A stretch of 64,000 nucleotides of DNA from Promethearchaeota archaeon (GTDB taxonomy: Archaea; Asgardarchaeota; Thorarchaeia; Thorarchaeales; Thorarchaeaceae), in the NCBI GenBank assembly GCA_048939765.1, contig JBHLPF010000015.1:13457-77456 (forward strand), in the 5' to 3' direction. Positions 54,010 to 63,961 of the stretch are shown here, in pieces. Position 1 is the first letter of the stretch; each line of letters starts with the position of its first letter. The translations under genes and the position numbers were made by a program. Below the pieces are notes generated by a model that was not told the DNA's origin, ran no database searches, and saw only the letters and a list, made by a program, of their open reading frames with translations.

Positions 54010-55242
54010 CTAGGCTTTTCTGATCTTCTTGTCTAGGCTCTTGAGCTTCTTGTCGTCCTCGCCTTCTCTATATCTTTGCGCAGCTTCTTGATACTTGGTG
54101 AGTGCCTTTCGTGTCTGGCCAGCCTTTGCTAATGCATCTCCTTCGTCTTCAAGGACTTTCCCCCATTCGACATAGCAGTCACGAACCTTTTCCGAACACT
54201 TCGCCCTTTTCTTGGCATCTGTTGAAAACATGTATAATTCTCTGGCCTTTCGGAATTGAACAATCGCCCATTCGTACTCGTTTGCCTTTCTGTGATTCTC
54301 AGCCTGTTCAAAGTGATCGTTGGCCATTGCGTCATAGCCCTCGTCTATCATCTTGGTGGCATCAGCAATAGATTTCTCATTGGCAGCTCTCTCAAAGAGC
54401 TTCTTAGCCATCTCAAATGTTTCAATTGCCGGTTCGAATTGTTTGGCTTCCAGTTTCCCAAATCCGTCTTCCATTCTTGCCTTACCCATCGCCTCATAGA
54501 CATAGCCAGGGTATTCGAAACCATCACCAGATATGGAGAAGCCGCAGTTGGGGCAGTCTGGTGTATCAAGCTCAGGCATTGGCGTCGTTACTGCAATCCT
54601 CTTGGGTGTTCCAACAACCGTGTCAATGAAGTCCTTTGAGGTTACACCCCTCCCGCCAGGGAACAGGTGAGTCACCGCATCTCTCGTGGGGTCATCCTTG
54701 CCTTCTGGAAACAGATGGTCAAAGACCTCTACTGGATGGACTTCTATCTCTTCAGCCATTACTCGAGGTGGCGCAACTTCTTTGAACGGCATCCCTACCT
54801 TTATCTCAGGATCCACGCCCTCAACTTCCCAACTTAAATCCGAGCTGCTTCCTGCAGGTGCTTCAGGTGGGCTCACAGGAATTGGTTCAGGTGCAGCCAC
54901 TTCTTCAGTGGTTGATTCAACAAGCCTCTCATCAACCTCCCATGACAGACCTTCTTCGGGCGATGTAGGTGTCGCTGAAGGTGGTTCTTCTTCTATTACA
55001 GGTTCATCAACATCCGGGAGCTCAGTATCCGGTAAGATTTCTAGCTCTGCGGGAGGTTCGCCGAGGTCTGGAACATCATCGAGTTCAGAAGCCTCTGGTA
55101 GAACATCCTCACTAGCTTCTGAGGTCGTAGGTACATGTCCATTTGGTAATCTGTTCCCACAACCCATGCAGAAGGTGGAGCCCCTACGACTGCGTTTTCC
55201 ACATTCCGGACATTCGACACTTCCTTCCATGATTCTACCCAC
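54010..55242 (-). CDS. Zinc-ribbon, acidic disordered linker and TPR/alpha-SNAP-like helical repeat protein
   Basis: CPECG...FCMGCG; E/P-rich linker; CPNCG; helical repeats AIETFEMAKKLF, AIVQFRKARELY, ALTKYQEAAQRY. Confidence 0.7.
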   Translation of the reverse strand: MGRIMEGSVECPECGKRSRRGSTFCMGCGNRLPNGHVPTTSEASEDVLPEASELDDVPDLGEPPAELEILPDTELPDVDEPVIEEEPPSATPTSPEEGLSWEVDERLVESTTEEVAAPEPIPVSPPEAPAGSSSDLSWEVEGVDPEIKVGMPFKEVAPPRVMAEEIEVHPVEVFDHLFPEGKDDPTRDAVTHLFPGGRGVTSKDFIDTVVGTPKRIAVTTPMPELDTPDCPNCGFSISGDGFEYPGYVYEAMGKARMEDGFGKLEAKQFEPAIETFEMAKKLFERAANEKSIADATKMIDEGYDAMANDHFEQAENHRKANEYEWAIVQFRKARELYMFSTDAKKRAKCSEKVRDCYVEWGKVLEDEGDALAKAGQTRKALTKYQEAAQRYREGEDDKKLKSLDKKIRKA

Positions 55243-55330
55243 TGAGTCTTTATCCCACAGATTTGCGTGGTCAAGTCTGTTTTGACACTGTTGGGGTATC
55301 GCCAGTCCATATGAACAATCCTTGTACGGT

Positions 55331-55993
55331 TCAGGGCCAAATGTACAAGAGCCAATATGTCGGCACTGTTATCACTATTCCAAGTAGGACGCCTGCGATG
55401 GACTGAGCCCAGCTGTGTTGTTTGAGGGTCGTCCGAGACCAGATGACCGCACTCCACAGAATGATTACAGGCCAAGCAATCCATCCATACACAATAAGAA
55501 GAGCGGCCCCTGGGCCTCCAACTCCAGCCCCATGCACAGACACCTTTGTTTTGAAAGTAGCAATCATGACTCCTAAAGTAACGGTGAAATACGCAGCTGA
55601 TAGCACTGCGAGGACGAGACACTCCGCAAGCGAGAAGATACTATAGACTATCGCGTAGCACAGCAGTGAGAATGCGAAAAACTTAGCTCTACTTTCTCGT
55701 AAGGAAACATCAAGATCAATATGTCCACGCCATGCAGAGTGAATGATCGGAATAATTGGAAAGATTACCATTCCAAGGATAAGAGTAAGAAGCGCACTTG
55801 CTTGAGTGAGTATCGGTCCAAGACCGATTGGAGACGCATACACCATGATCAACCCGACGTACAGATTGATGAGAGGTGCAGGTGTCAGTCTCGAAATTAG
55901 CCTCGCAATCTGAATACCAGCCCCAGTACTAACAAGGCGTTCATCGTTGTATTTCAACGTGCTCATCGATGAGCTTTGGCTCAGTAATCGCAA
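55331..55993 (-). CDS. PAP2-like integral membrane phosphatase
   Basis: KVSVHGAG and SRTTLKQHSWAQSIAG (PAP2 C2/C3-like); about 6 TM. Confidence 0.72.
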   Translation of the reverse strand: MRLLSQSSSMSTLKYNDERLVSTGAGIQIARLISRLTPAPLINLYVGLIMVYASPIGLGPILTQASALLTLILGMVIFPIIPIIHSAWRGHIDLDVSLRESRAKFFAFSLLCYAIVYSIFSLAECLVLAVLSAAYFTVTLGVMIATFKTKVSVHGAGVGGPGAALLIVYGWIAWPVIILWSAVIWSRTTLKQHSWAQSIAGVLLGIVITVPTYWLLYIWP

Positions 55994-56111
55994 TCTTCAA
56001 TGTTTTCATTCATTGATTACCATATTACAGGTGGTAGGGGGCGTCACGACAACCCTTATTTTCTCCTAGCAACAGGATTTGACATTAAGGGATTCTGAGA
56101 AACTCCTTTGG

Positions 56112-56432
56112 ATGGTAAGAACAATGACAGCAGTTCCAAAACGCGAAGTCTTCGAACGCATTATCCAAAATATCACAAGCAAATTCCCAGATGTCTATGC
56201 GGCTCTGTTTATCAGTCCTGAGGGATTTCCAATCAACTCGTGGGGAGTTTCTCTAGAGAGAGCTGAAGAGATATCCGCATTATTGAGTGCACTCATTGGC
56301 AAGACCAAGGAGATTATCCGTCAAGTGAAGCAAGGCGGCGAAATGCAGTTCATTCAGATCCAATCAACTTTGGGCGGAATTCGCATAGCCCCAATGGAAG
56401 AGTTCATTCTTGTCACTATGACTAGGTCATAA
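56112..56432 (+). CDS. Roadblock/LC7 domain protein
   Basis: AALFISPEGFPINS...ISALLSAL...QFIQIQSTLG pattern. Confidence 0.82.
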   Translation: MVRTMTAVPKREVFERIIQNITSKFPDVYAALFISPEGFPINSWGVSLERAEEISALLSALIGKTKEIIRQVKQGGEMQFIQIQSTLGGIRIAPMEEFILVTMTRS

Positions 56433-56502
56433 TCACAGTGCAATGTTACTCTAATAAAGAAATTAATTAGCAAGCATATGTTCTGACAATCTGTGCACGC
56501 CT

Positions 56503-57429
56503 ATGTCATCAGAAGCTTTCAAGATATCGGATTTGTCCAAATATTATGGTCAAACTCTCGCTTTGGATAAGGTCACTATTGCAGCTCCTAAGAAGGCCGT
56601 AGGCTTGCTTGGGCCAAATGGCGCAGGGAAGACCACACTTATTCGCATACTAATGGGAATAATCAGGCATTCTTCTGGCTCAGGAACCGTCCTTGGATAT
56701 GACTTCTGTGATTCAATCCAGGATATCAGGGACCATGTTGGATATTCCCCTGAGTTCACACCGATGATTCCTGATGTCAGCGCTATGAAGTATGTTACCT
56801 TCATGGGGAAGTTATCAGGTCTTGCCGCAGTGGAAGCTGCTCAGCGGGCCCACGATACTTTGCATTATGTTGGCTTGGCTGAGGAACGCTATCGTCCGCT
56901 ACGCGAATTTAGTACTGGCATGATGCAAAAGTGCAAGCTGGCAGCGGCTTTGGTCCATGATCCTGATCTGGTCATTCTGGACGAACCTACGGATGGGCTT
57001 GACCCAACTGGTCGGCAGCAAATGCTGGACCTGATTGAACGATTGTATGAAGATGAAGGCAAGAGCCTAATGGTTTCATCTCATCTGCTGTTTGATGTTG
57101 AGAAAGTATGCGATTGGGTTATGGTCCTAGGAAGAGGACAACTCATAACGAGTGGAGGCATGAGTGAACTTCTCGCAGACACATCCGGGATGCTTCGCGT
57201 GAAGATCACGGGCGATGCTACAGCCTTTTCACGTAAGCTCACTTCCAGAGGGCTAGAGGTCGAAGTTGATGGTCCGTTCTTGGATGTCAAAAGGGATAAT
57301 GGTACAGAAATGGCCATTCTCGAAGAAGTCAACAGAGATCCCGAAGTAAGCCTACGATATATGGGAAGTAGGACAAGAACGCTTGAAGATGTATTCATCT
57401 CGATTGTAGAGGGGAGGGAGCTTGGATGA
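56503..57429 (+). CDS. ABC-2 type transporter ATP-binding protein
   Basis: GPNGAGKTT, FSTGM, ILDEP, SSH. Confidence 0.95.
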   Translation: MSSEAFKISDLSKYYGQTLALDKVTIAAPKKAVGLLGPNGAGKTTLIRILMGIIRHSSGSGTVLGYDFCDSIQDIRDHVGYSPEFTPMIPDVSAMKYVTFMGKLSGLAAVEAAQRAHDTLHYVGLAEERYRPLREFSTGMMQKCKLAAALVHDPDLVILDEPTDGLDPTGRQQMLDLIERLYEDEGKSLMVSSHLLFDVEKVCDWVMVLGRGQLITSGGMSELLADTSGMLRVKITGDATAFSRKLTSRGLEVEVDGPFLDVKRDNGTEMAILEEVNRDPEVSLRYMGSRTRTLEDVFISIVEGRELG

Positions 57430-58403
57430 GTGAAGAACCATCAACCGAAGACACCTATATCCGGAGATTTGGCTTCAGGCGATTCACGGGCGTACGCCAG
57501 AATCGTTTGTATCGAATAATCTCCGTGGCATGGTTCAATCTCATTGAAGCAATAAGACGCTCAGGATTCACCAAGATGCTCCTTGTATTCATGTTCTTCT
57601 CGATATTGATTCAGGATGTCCTCATCATTGTCATTTCGTGGTTCCTTCCCTTCATTGGTGACCCCATGACAATCAATGAGCTGTTTAGAGATGCATATGC
57701 AGACTCAGTTCTTGGCATGGTTTCACTTGTCAACCGAATCACCGTTCTCGATGTCGGATTCATGCCATTCAACATTTCATCTGTTGGAATCAGCTTCATC
57801 TGGTTGCTGCTGATGGCCATTGTTGGAGGGGGTCTTATTGCAGATGATAGACTCCATCAAACAACTGAAGTATACTTCTCAAGAATATCAAGACTTGAGT
57901 ATACGATTGGGAAGCTCATGAGTCTAATTCTCTTCTCAACAATTGTGGTTGTGCTTCCATCCATCATTCAGTACTTCCTTCTCTCCTATGGTCTTGAAAC
58001 AGACCTTCTCGTCAATATTGACTTAATGTTCTGGGGCATTGGATTCACTCTTCTGGCTGCATTTTTGCTTAGTCTAATCATTCTGGCAATGTCTAGTTTT
58101 ACAAAGCGACGAGCTGTTGCAACACTCACCTTCTTCATTGCTGCTATTGTTATGTCAAGCTTCTACAGTGCGGTTGGTTTTACTCAAAGCGAATCCTTGA
58201 TTTTGCTGCTAGACTTTGTTGGCGATATTGCGCTTCTGGGTGCAATGGCCCTTGGATACGAGTCGTTCGATATCAATGGCCGGGACATTTTCCTTAGCAA
58301 CGGGATTGGGGTTGAAGGGTCAATGGTGCTCGGTGTGGTTCTGTTGATTCTTATACTAGGAATCCTATCTCTAGCTCTTACATTGTTTCGGAGGGATAGC
58401 TAA
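57426..58403 (+). CDS. ABC-2 type transporter permease
   Basis: About 6 TM; GLIADDR...YFSRISRLEYTIGK. Confidence 0.85.
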   Translation: MSEEPSTEDTYIRRFGFRRFTGVRQNRLYRIISVAWFNLIEAIRRSGFTKMLLVFMFFSILIQDVLIIVISWFLPFIGDPMTINELFRDAYADSVLGMVSLVNRITVLDVGFMPFNISSVGISFIWLLLMAIVGGGLIADDRLHQTTEVYFSRISRLEYTIGKLMSLILFSTIVVVLPSIIQYFLLSYGLETDLLVNIDLMFWGIGFTLLAAFLLSLIILAMSSFTKRRAVATLTFFIAAIVMSSFYSAVGFTQSESLILLLDFVGDIALLGAMALGYESFDINGRDIFLSNGIGVEGSMVLGVVLLILILGILSLALTLFRRDS

Positions 58404-59347
58404 TGTTCATCATAGATATCGATGAGGCGTCCAAGCAATATGGCGAGGTAGTGGCTATCAGTCGATTCAACATGTCGGTCAAGAGTGGTTCAATCACAGG
58501 ATTCGTTGGACCCAATGGTGCAGGCAAAACGACAACAATTCGTGTTATCACTGGACTAACAAAGCCCGACAGCGGCAAAGTTAGTGTTTTTGGCGAGGAT
58601 CCCTTCAACAATGTTGGAATTAAGGAACGGATAGGGTACGTATCCGAATATGATGATCTGTATTCGTGGGCCACTGTACGAGATTCAGTCAAGATGCTAG
58701 CCAGCATTAGCACACCACGAAAACCCGGTATTGATGATGCTGTTGACAAGGCTATTTCAGATGTTGGAATGACGAAGTTTGCTGATAGGGAGGTTTCGGC
58801 TCTTTCTAAGGGAATGAAGCAGAGAACCAAGATTGCAGCTGCCCTCACTCACGAACCTTCTCTACTAGTATTGGATGAGCCTCTCAGCGGACTTGATCCA
58901 CTAGGTCGCAGGAGAATCATGGACCTCCTCAGACGACTCAATAGTGAGGAAGATGTCACTATTCTGATTTCAAGTCACGTGCTTGAAGAGCTCGAGCATC
59001 TAGCGAACAGGATTACTCTTATCCACAGAGGTCAGACAGTCGCAGAAGGAGACCCTGATCGAATCAGAAGTCTCCTGTACCAATACCCCCACGAGATTCA
59101 GTTCAAGTCGCTGACAGAAGATATGAAGAGAATTGCCAGTGGCCTTGTGAAGATTGAGGGGTTGGTCAAGTCGCTTGCATTCATTGAGCAGACTGAAAAT
59201 CTGCTTGAATGTAGAGTAGTAACACCTCAGCCTGAGCAGTTCTATGATGAGCTCGTTCGATTGGCTGTCGAGCAAAAGGCACCCATTATCCAACTGGACA
59301 GCCTCTCCGAGAATGTGGAAAGTCTGTTCGAATACCTAGTATCATGA
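58403..59347 (+). CDS. ABC-2 type transporter ATP-binding protein
   Basis: GPNGAGKTT, LSKGM, VLDEP, SSH. Confidence 0.95.
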   Translation: MFIIDIDEASKQYGEVVAISRFNMSVKSGSITGFVGPNGAGKTTTIRVITGLTKPDSGKVSVFGEDPFNNVGIKERIGYVSEYDDLYSWATVRDSVKMLASISTPRKPGIDDAVDKAISDVGMTKFADREVSALSKGMKQRTKIAAALTHEPSLLVLDEPLSGLDPLGRRRIMDLLRRLNSEEDVTILISSHVLEELEHLANRITLIHRGQTVAEGDPDRIRSLLYQYPHEIQFKSLTEDMKRIASGLVKIEGLVKSLAFIEQTENLLECRVVTPQPEQFYDELVRLAVEQKAPIIQLDSLSENVESLFEYLVS

Positions 59348-59348
59348 G

Positions 59349-60146
59349 GTGATAGAGATGTCAACGGAAACAACACAAACCACGATTCAGAAGAATGGTG
59401 AACTCTCTGCCCCTCTGAAGACGATATTTCGAGGTATATACCTTGTAAAACTGTTCTTGATATCCTTCGTAAAGAGCAGAAAAAGCCAGGTCTTGACAAT
59501 ACTGGGTTTATTGCCAGTGGTTGTAATGGTTGCATGGGGCGTACCTCCCCCTGCTCGATTCTTCTTCCGTGACTTTGTGCAGACACTGTATATCTCACTG
59601 CTCATTCCATTATCCGGACTGCTTCTTGGAACTGCAGCTTTGTCTGACGAAATCGAGTCTCATACAATCGTACAGCTGGTGACTCGACCTGTACGAAGAA
59701 TTGAGATACTTATTTGGCGCTACATTGCCACAGTTATAGCAGGTACGATCATCTCCATAATAGTCACTTCTGGATTCTATATCTCAGTAGTGTTCTCAGA
59801 AGAGATTCCTCTGGAGATGTTGACCGGTTTCTGGGTTGTATGCGCTGTCTGCAATGCCGTCTACTGCGCGATATTCATGCTGCTAGGCATTGCTCTGAAG
59901 AGGCCTCTTGTCTGGGGAGTAGTAATAACGCTCTACGAGCAGCTCCTAGGTGTTGTGGCGATTTTCTTTGAAGGTGCTGTATTTTCTCTCTCAGGACACA
60001 TCCTGAATTATGGTCAGCTCTTTGTGGATTATAGCTACAGTATTCCAAACTGGCCTCCATCTTTGTCAGGTTCGGTTCTGGCTATTTTGGTGATCCTTTG
60101 CATCATATTGTCTGCAGTTCTATTCAGGAGAAAAGACCTCGCGTAG
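59349..60146 (+). CDS. ABC-2 type transporter permease
   Basis: About 6 TM; LSDEIESHTI...RPVRR; C-terminal FRRKDL. Confidence 0.88.
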   Translation: MIEMSTETTQTTIQKNGELSAPLKTIFRGIYLVKLFLISFVKSRKSQVLTILGLLPVVVMVAWGVPPPARFFFRDFVQTLYISLLIPLSGLLLGTAALSDEIESHTIVQLVTRPVRRIEILIWRYIATVIAGTIISIIVTSGFYISVVFSEEIPLEMLTGFWVVCAVCNAVYCAIFMLLGIALKRPLVWGVVITLYEQLLGVVAIFFEGAVFSLSGHILNYGQLFVDYSYSIPNWPPSLSGSVLAILVILCIILSAVLFRRKDLA

Positions 60147-60284
60147 CCTTTTGCACGTTTAATATCTCATCACTCGGCTGTCCAACTAGTGCCATTTTTA
60201 TATCTAGTAATGCGACTAGTGGATGACCATGTGCTTGGCATTGTATGCGCGGATGGACGCCAGGCATTGAGGGAGGTCCTCAGG

Positions 60285-61325
60285 ATGTCACCAAAGAAGG
60301 CAGATGAAGAAGAAACCGTAGATTATGAGGATTTCGAGGAAAGCGAAATCGATGAAGAATTTGTCGAGCTCGGCACCGAGGGAGAGTCAGGATTAGATGT
60401 AACTGATCTCCCAGGCGTAGGGCCAGCAATCGCAAAACGCCTGTCTGAGGCCGGCTACAGGAGTGTTGAGGCAATTGCAGTGGCATCTCCATCTGAGCTT
60501 GCGGCAGCAGGATCAATCGGTGAAACCACATCGACCAAGATCATAAAGGCAGCACGCGAAATGCTCGATATCGGCTTTGAAACAGCAGACCTTCTTCTTG
60601 AAAGGCGAAAGAGTGCGGGCCGAATAAGCACCGGCTCAAGCGCACTTGACGAACTCTTCGGCGGAGGACTTGAAACCCAAAGCATCACAGAGATGTATGG
60701 TTCATTCAGGTCCGGGAAGACACAGATGGCACATCAACTGTGTGTTATGGTTCAGAGATCCGAAAGCGATGGCGGATTGGATGCCACAGCCATCTATGTA
60801 GATACAGAGGGCACATTCAGACCTGAGCGTCTTGTAGACATGGCTGAAGCTTATGGCATGGATAAGAAGAAGGTCCTGAAGAATGTTGTTTGGGCTCGCG
60901 CCTACAACTCTGACCATCAAATCCTTCTATGCGACCAAGCGATGGAGATGGCGCCTGAGAAGAAAGCCAGGCTCCTGGTTGTTGACTCTGTTACAAGCCA
61001 TTTCAGAGCCGAGTACACAGGAAGAGGAACACTTGCCGCAAGGCAGCAGAAGCTGAACAAACATCTGCATCATCTTCAGAGAGGAGCTGAAATCAACAAT
61101 ATGGCAGTTTATATCACTAATCAAGTGATGTCGCGACCTGATGCCTTCTTCGGAGATCCAACTGCTCCTGTTGGAGGCCATGTGCTTGCTCATGTTCCCC
61201 AGACGCGGTGCTATCTAAGAAAGTCAAAGGGCGAAAGAAGAATCTGCAGACTTGTTGACTCCCCCAATCTTCCAGAGGGCGAAGCAGTCTTCACTGTCAC
61301 AAAGGATGGAATACGTGACGCATAG
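60285..61325 (+). CDS. radA: DNA repair and recombination protein RadA
   Basis: HhH NTD DLPGVG, GFETA, Walker [35 protein letters not shown]; ATG 60285 preceded by ggaggt. Confidence 0.97.
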   Translation: MSPKKADEEETVDYEDFEESEIDEEFVELGTEGESGLDVTDLPGVGPAIAKRLSEAGYRSVEAIAVASPSELAAAGSIGETTSTKIIKAAREMLDIGFETADLLLERRKSAGRISTGSSALDELFGGGLETQSITEMYGSFRSGKTQMAHQLCVMVQRSESDGGLDATAIYVDTEGTFRPERLVDMAEAYGMDKKKVLKNVVWARAYNSDHQILLCDQAMEMAPEKKARLLVVDSVTSHFRAEYTGRGTLAARQQKLNKHLHHLQRGAEINNMAVYITNQVMSRPDAFFGDPTAPVGGHVLAHVPQTRCYLRKSKGERRICRLVDSPNLPEGEAVFTVTKDGIRDA

Positions 61326-61345
61326 TTATTCTGCTTACCGTTTCT

Positions 61346-61369
61346 GATGAGGTGGAGTCCCACCTCATC
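61346..61369. terminator. Perfect 10-bp inverted repeat between convergent radA and GGR genes
   Basis: gatgaggtgg-agtc-ccacctcatc. Confidence 0.55.
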
Positions 61370-62711
61370 CAAACTCCGCGGACTCAATGATTGCTAAGAC
61401 TGAATCATTCCAACTCTCAAGCCCTGATGGACTTGAAGGATAGGCGTCATAGACCTTTGATATCTTCTTCATTAGGCCGGCTGCTTTCTGGAGGTCTCTG
61501 AGAAGACTGATTCTGCTTATGCCTCTCCCGAATCTGCGAATCTTGTCCACGATCCCGAGGGAGATACCATCTCCTCTGTTTGCAGTCATGAGATCCCCAG
61601 CTTCAAGGATTCTCTTTTGGAACCCAAAATCCATATCTTCATCCGAGACTGACTGCAGAAGTCGACGAAAGATCTCCAGCGATGCCAGCCTCTTGCCAAA
61701 ATCGGTCAAGTATCGCATGTTGTAATGCCAAAGCCCCCTTGCACTGAGGTCATTTCTAGCTATTGCCCTCTTTGCCACTTCCCCCACTATGATGCCAGCA
61801 CGCATCCCTGCTCCAATGCCTCCACCGTGTATGGGATTGACTTGGGCTGCGGCATCACCAACAAACGCAACTCCATTCGCAACTAGACTCTTTAGTGGTC
61901 TTCTGACAGGCACTGCTCCTCCTGCAGACTCAATGACTTGGCTCCCAATCAATAAAGGGTATTTCTTCCTGAATTGCAGGAAATGAGATTTCGGCGAACC
62001 TCGACCCGAGCCGCCCGTAATCCCTGCGCCTGCATTGACCTCTTGTGGCCCTTTTGGGAAGATCCACGCATAACCTCTCGGAGCTACTTTTCCTCCCAAT
62101 AGTACACGAGCAACCTCTGGCTCTGCAAGCGGCATCTTGAGCTTCAATATCTCTCTGTAGCAGAGTGCTACATCTTCCTTGGCAATCGTCTTCTCTACAA
62201 GGGGGTGGTCGATTTTATTCCGAATAGCTCCCGCAAAACCACTCGCATCAATTACAAGCTTGGCATTGACCTGTTTCTCCTCACCCTTGCTCCTATACTC
62301 AACACCAACAACAGCGTCTTTGACGACTATTGGCCCGCCAACACGGCTTTCAGGCTGAAAAGCTATGCCTGCATCAATAGCTTCACGAAGAAGCCGCTGT
62401 CCGAAATTCAATCTATTAACAGTCCACCCATCAAAGTCGGTCCAGCCTCTGACCTTGAGTTCATTGTTCATGCTTGGCGGATATACATCTGCTCCCGAAA
62501 TAGCGCTTGAGATCTCATCATCACTGGGAAATTCAATTCCTGTATCCTCGAAATGTGATTTACTAATCTCATCGCCACAGACTTTCTGACCAACTTCGGA
62601 GTGTGGCTTCTTGTCCAGGAGAAGTGTCTTCAGTCCCATCTCTGCGCATCGTCTCGCAGCAACACATCCTGCTGAACCTGCACCAACTACAACAACATCG
62701 GGTCTTCTCAA
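61365..62711 (-). CDS. Geranylgeranyl reductase family (DGGGPL reductase-like)
   Basis: VVGAGSAG, KVCGD, APRGYAWIFPK, VGDAAAQVNPIHGGG. Confidence 0.9.
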   Translation of the reverse strand: MRRPDVVVVGAGSAGCVAARRCAEMGLKTLLLDKKPHSEVGQKVCGDEISKSHFEDTGIEFPSDDEISSAISGADVYPPSMNNELKVRGWTDFDGWTVNRLNFGQRLLREAIDAGIAFQPESRVGGPIVVKDAVVGVEYRSKGEEKQVNAKLVIDASGFAGAIRNKIDHPLVEKTIAKEDVALCYREILKLKMPLAEPEVARVLLGGKVAPRGYAWIFPKGPQEVNAGAGITGGSGRGSPKSHFLQFRKKYPLLIGSQVIESAGGAVPVRRPLKSLVANGVAFVGDAAAQVNPIHGGGIGAGMRAGIIVGEVAKRAIARNDLSARGLWHYNMRYLTDFGKRLASLEIFRRLLQSVSDEDMDFGFQKRILEAGDLMTANRGDGISLGIVDKIRRFGRGISRISLLRDLQKAAGLMKKISKVYDAYPSSPSGLESWNDSVLAIIESAEFG

Positions 62712-62778
62712 GGTATCTCGAAATTTGAGGACCGTTTTCGAATATAAAGACGCCGTCGTTTTGGAGATGTTTCGGAGG

Positions 62779-63315
62779 TCAAACGTGTTTGAACTCGATT
62801 ATAACAATGGACACTATTACAACACCCACAATCAGAACGAGCAATGGCGGCATCCAGTTGATGAATTCAATGAAATAGCCTATGAGAACAGGTAATGTCA
62901 ATGGACTCTGCGCAAGTATTGCGAGGATAAAGAGAAGTCCCGATGCAGCAAAGATTGGATAGAAAACCGGCCCTCCACTTATAACAAGTAGGAGTGCGAT
63001 TACTCCTAGTCGACTCCTCACTGGGTCAAGCAATGGAAGTGGTATTGCTTCGTCATCATCGAACAGGAAATAGTAGCTGATGAGCAGTGTTGGCATTCTG
63101 ATTCTTACGAGTTCCAAGACCTGTATTCCCAGCTGTACGGACAGAAGGACTGTGGTGTGAATCACCATGTATCCTAGCACAAGTGCTGTGAGTAGTGGGA
63201 GTTCGATGGCAAGAATCTGATAGCTTTCCACCAACCCAACAAAGACGAGGAAATTAATGATGAGCAGAACGATGTGACCGATAGCTCCTGTCAAAACCTT
63301 CCTGCTTGTCACCAT
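62779..63315 (-). CDS. Membrane protein of unknown function (about 4-5 TM)
   Basis: Hydrophobic ORF 25 bp downstream of the GTPase gene. Confidence 0.7.
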   Translation of the reverse strand: MVTSRKVLTGAIGHIVLLIINFLVFVGLVESYQILAIELPLLTALVLGYMVIHTTVLLSVQLGIQVLELVRIRMPTLLISYYFLFDDDEAIPLPLLDPVRSRLGVIALLLVISGGPVFYPIFAASGLLFILAILAQSPLTLPVLIGYFIEFINWMPPLLVLIVGVVIVSIVIIEFKHV

Positions 63316-63340
63316 TCCCGTTCAGTCCAGGTGATTCGAA

Positions 63341-63961
63341 CTAAACTCCCAGTTTAAATGGTTTGCTTGGCCCATCGGATGCAATGGGCCCTAATTGACG
63401 TTGCTTTTCGATAGCGCGTGTGACAAGCTCGGTGAATAGCTCATTGATGTTCTCACCAGTCTTTGCACTCGTTTCATAGTGCAGAACATCGAGCCACTGC
63501 TGAATCATTTGACCCGCGGCTGGAGGTACTAGTCTATCCTGTCTGTCAATCTTGTTGGCCACTACAGAAACAACTGCATTGGGACAGACTGTTATGAACT
63601 TAGTGAACCACTCGCCCACATCAAGGAATGTCTGCGGCCTCGTAACATCGTAGACAATTATTGCCATCGTTGCACCGGCCATATACCTGCGTCTGAGTTC
63701 GTTATATGTTGGCTGGCCTGCAAGATCCCAGAGGACCACTCTGGCGGTGACTCTGTTGCCATCAGGCATAGTCACTTCTACAGTCTTGAGCGCAAAAGTA
63801 GTGCCAATAGTAGCGATGTATCTCTCACTGAAGGAGCCCTCGGTGTACTGCTTGATGCAGGAGGTCTTTCCAACTGCACCGTCGCCAAGAGCAACTAGCT
63901 TGAACATGTGAGAGATTTGCTCGGTGGACACGGTTCTTACGTCCTGAAATACACTACCCAA
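63341..63961 (-). CDS. Rab-like Ras-superfamily small GTPase
   Basis: G1 GDGAVGKT, G2 YIATIG, G3 WDLAGQ, G4 NKID, G5 ETSAK; no C-terminal Cys. Confidence 0.93.
   Translation of the reverse strand: MGSVFQDVRTVSTEQISHMFKLVALGDGAVGKTSCIKQYTEGSFSERYIATIGTTFALKTVEVTMPDGNRVTARVVLWDLAGQPTYNELRRRYMAGATMAIIVYDVTRPQTFLDVGEWFTKFITVCPNAVVSVVANKIDRQDRLVPPAAGQMIQQWLDVLHYETSAKTGENINELFTELVTRAIEKQRQLGPIASDGPSKPFKLGV

Noticed and set aside
63341-63400. Rab prenylation system formed by the GTPase and the prenyltransferase-like gene at 13938
   Set aside because: The GTPase has no C-terminal Cys, the toroid protein lacks evident zinc ligands, and the genes are about 49 kb apart
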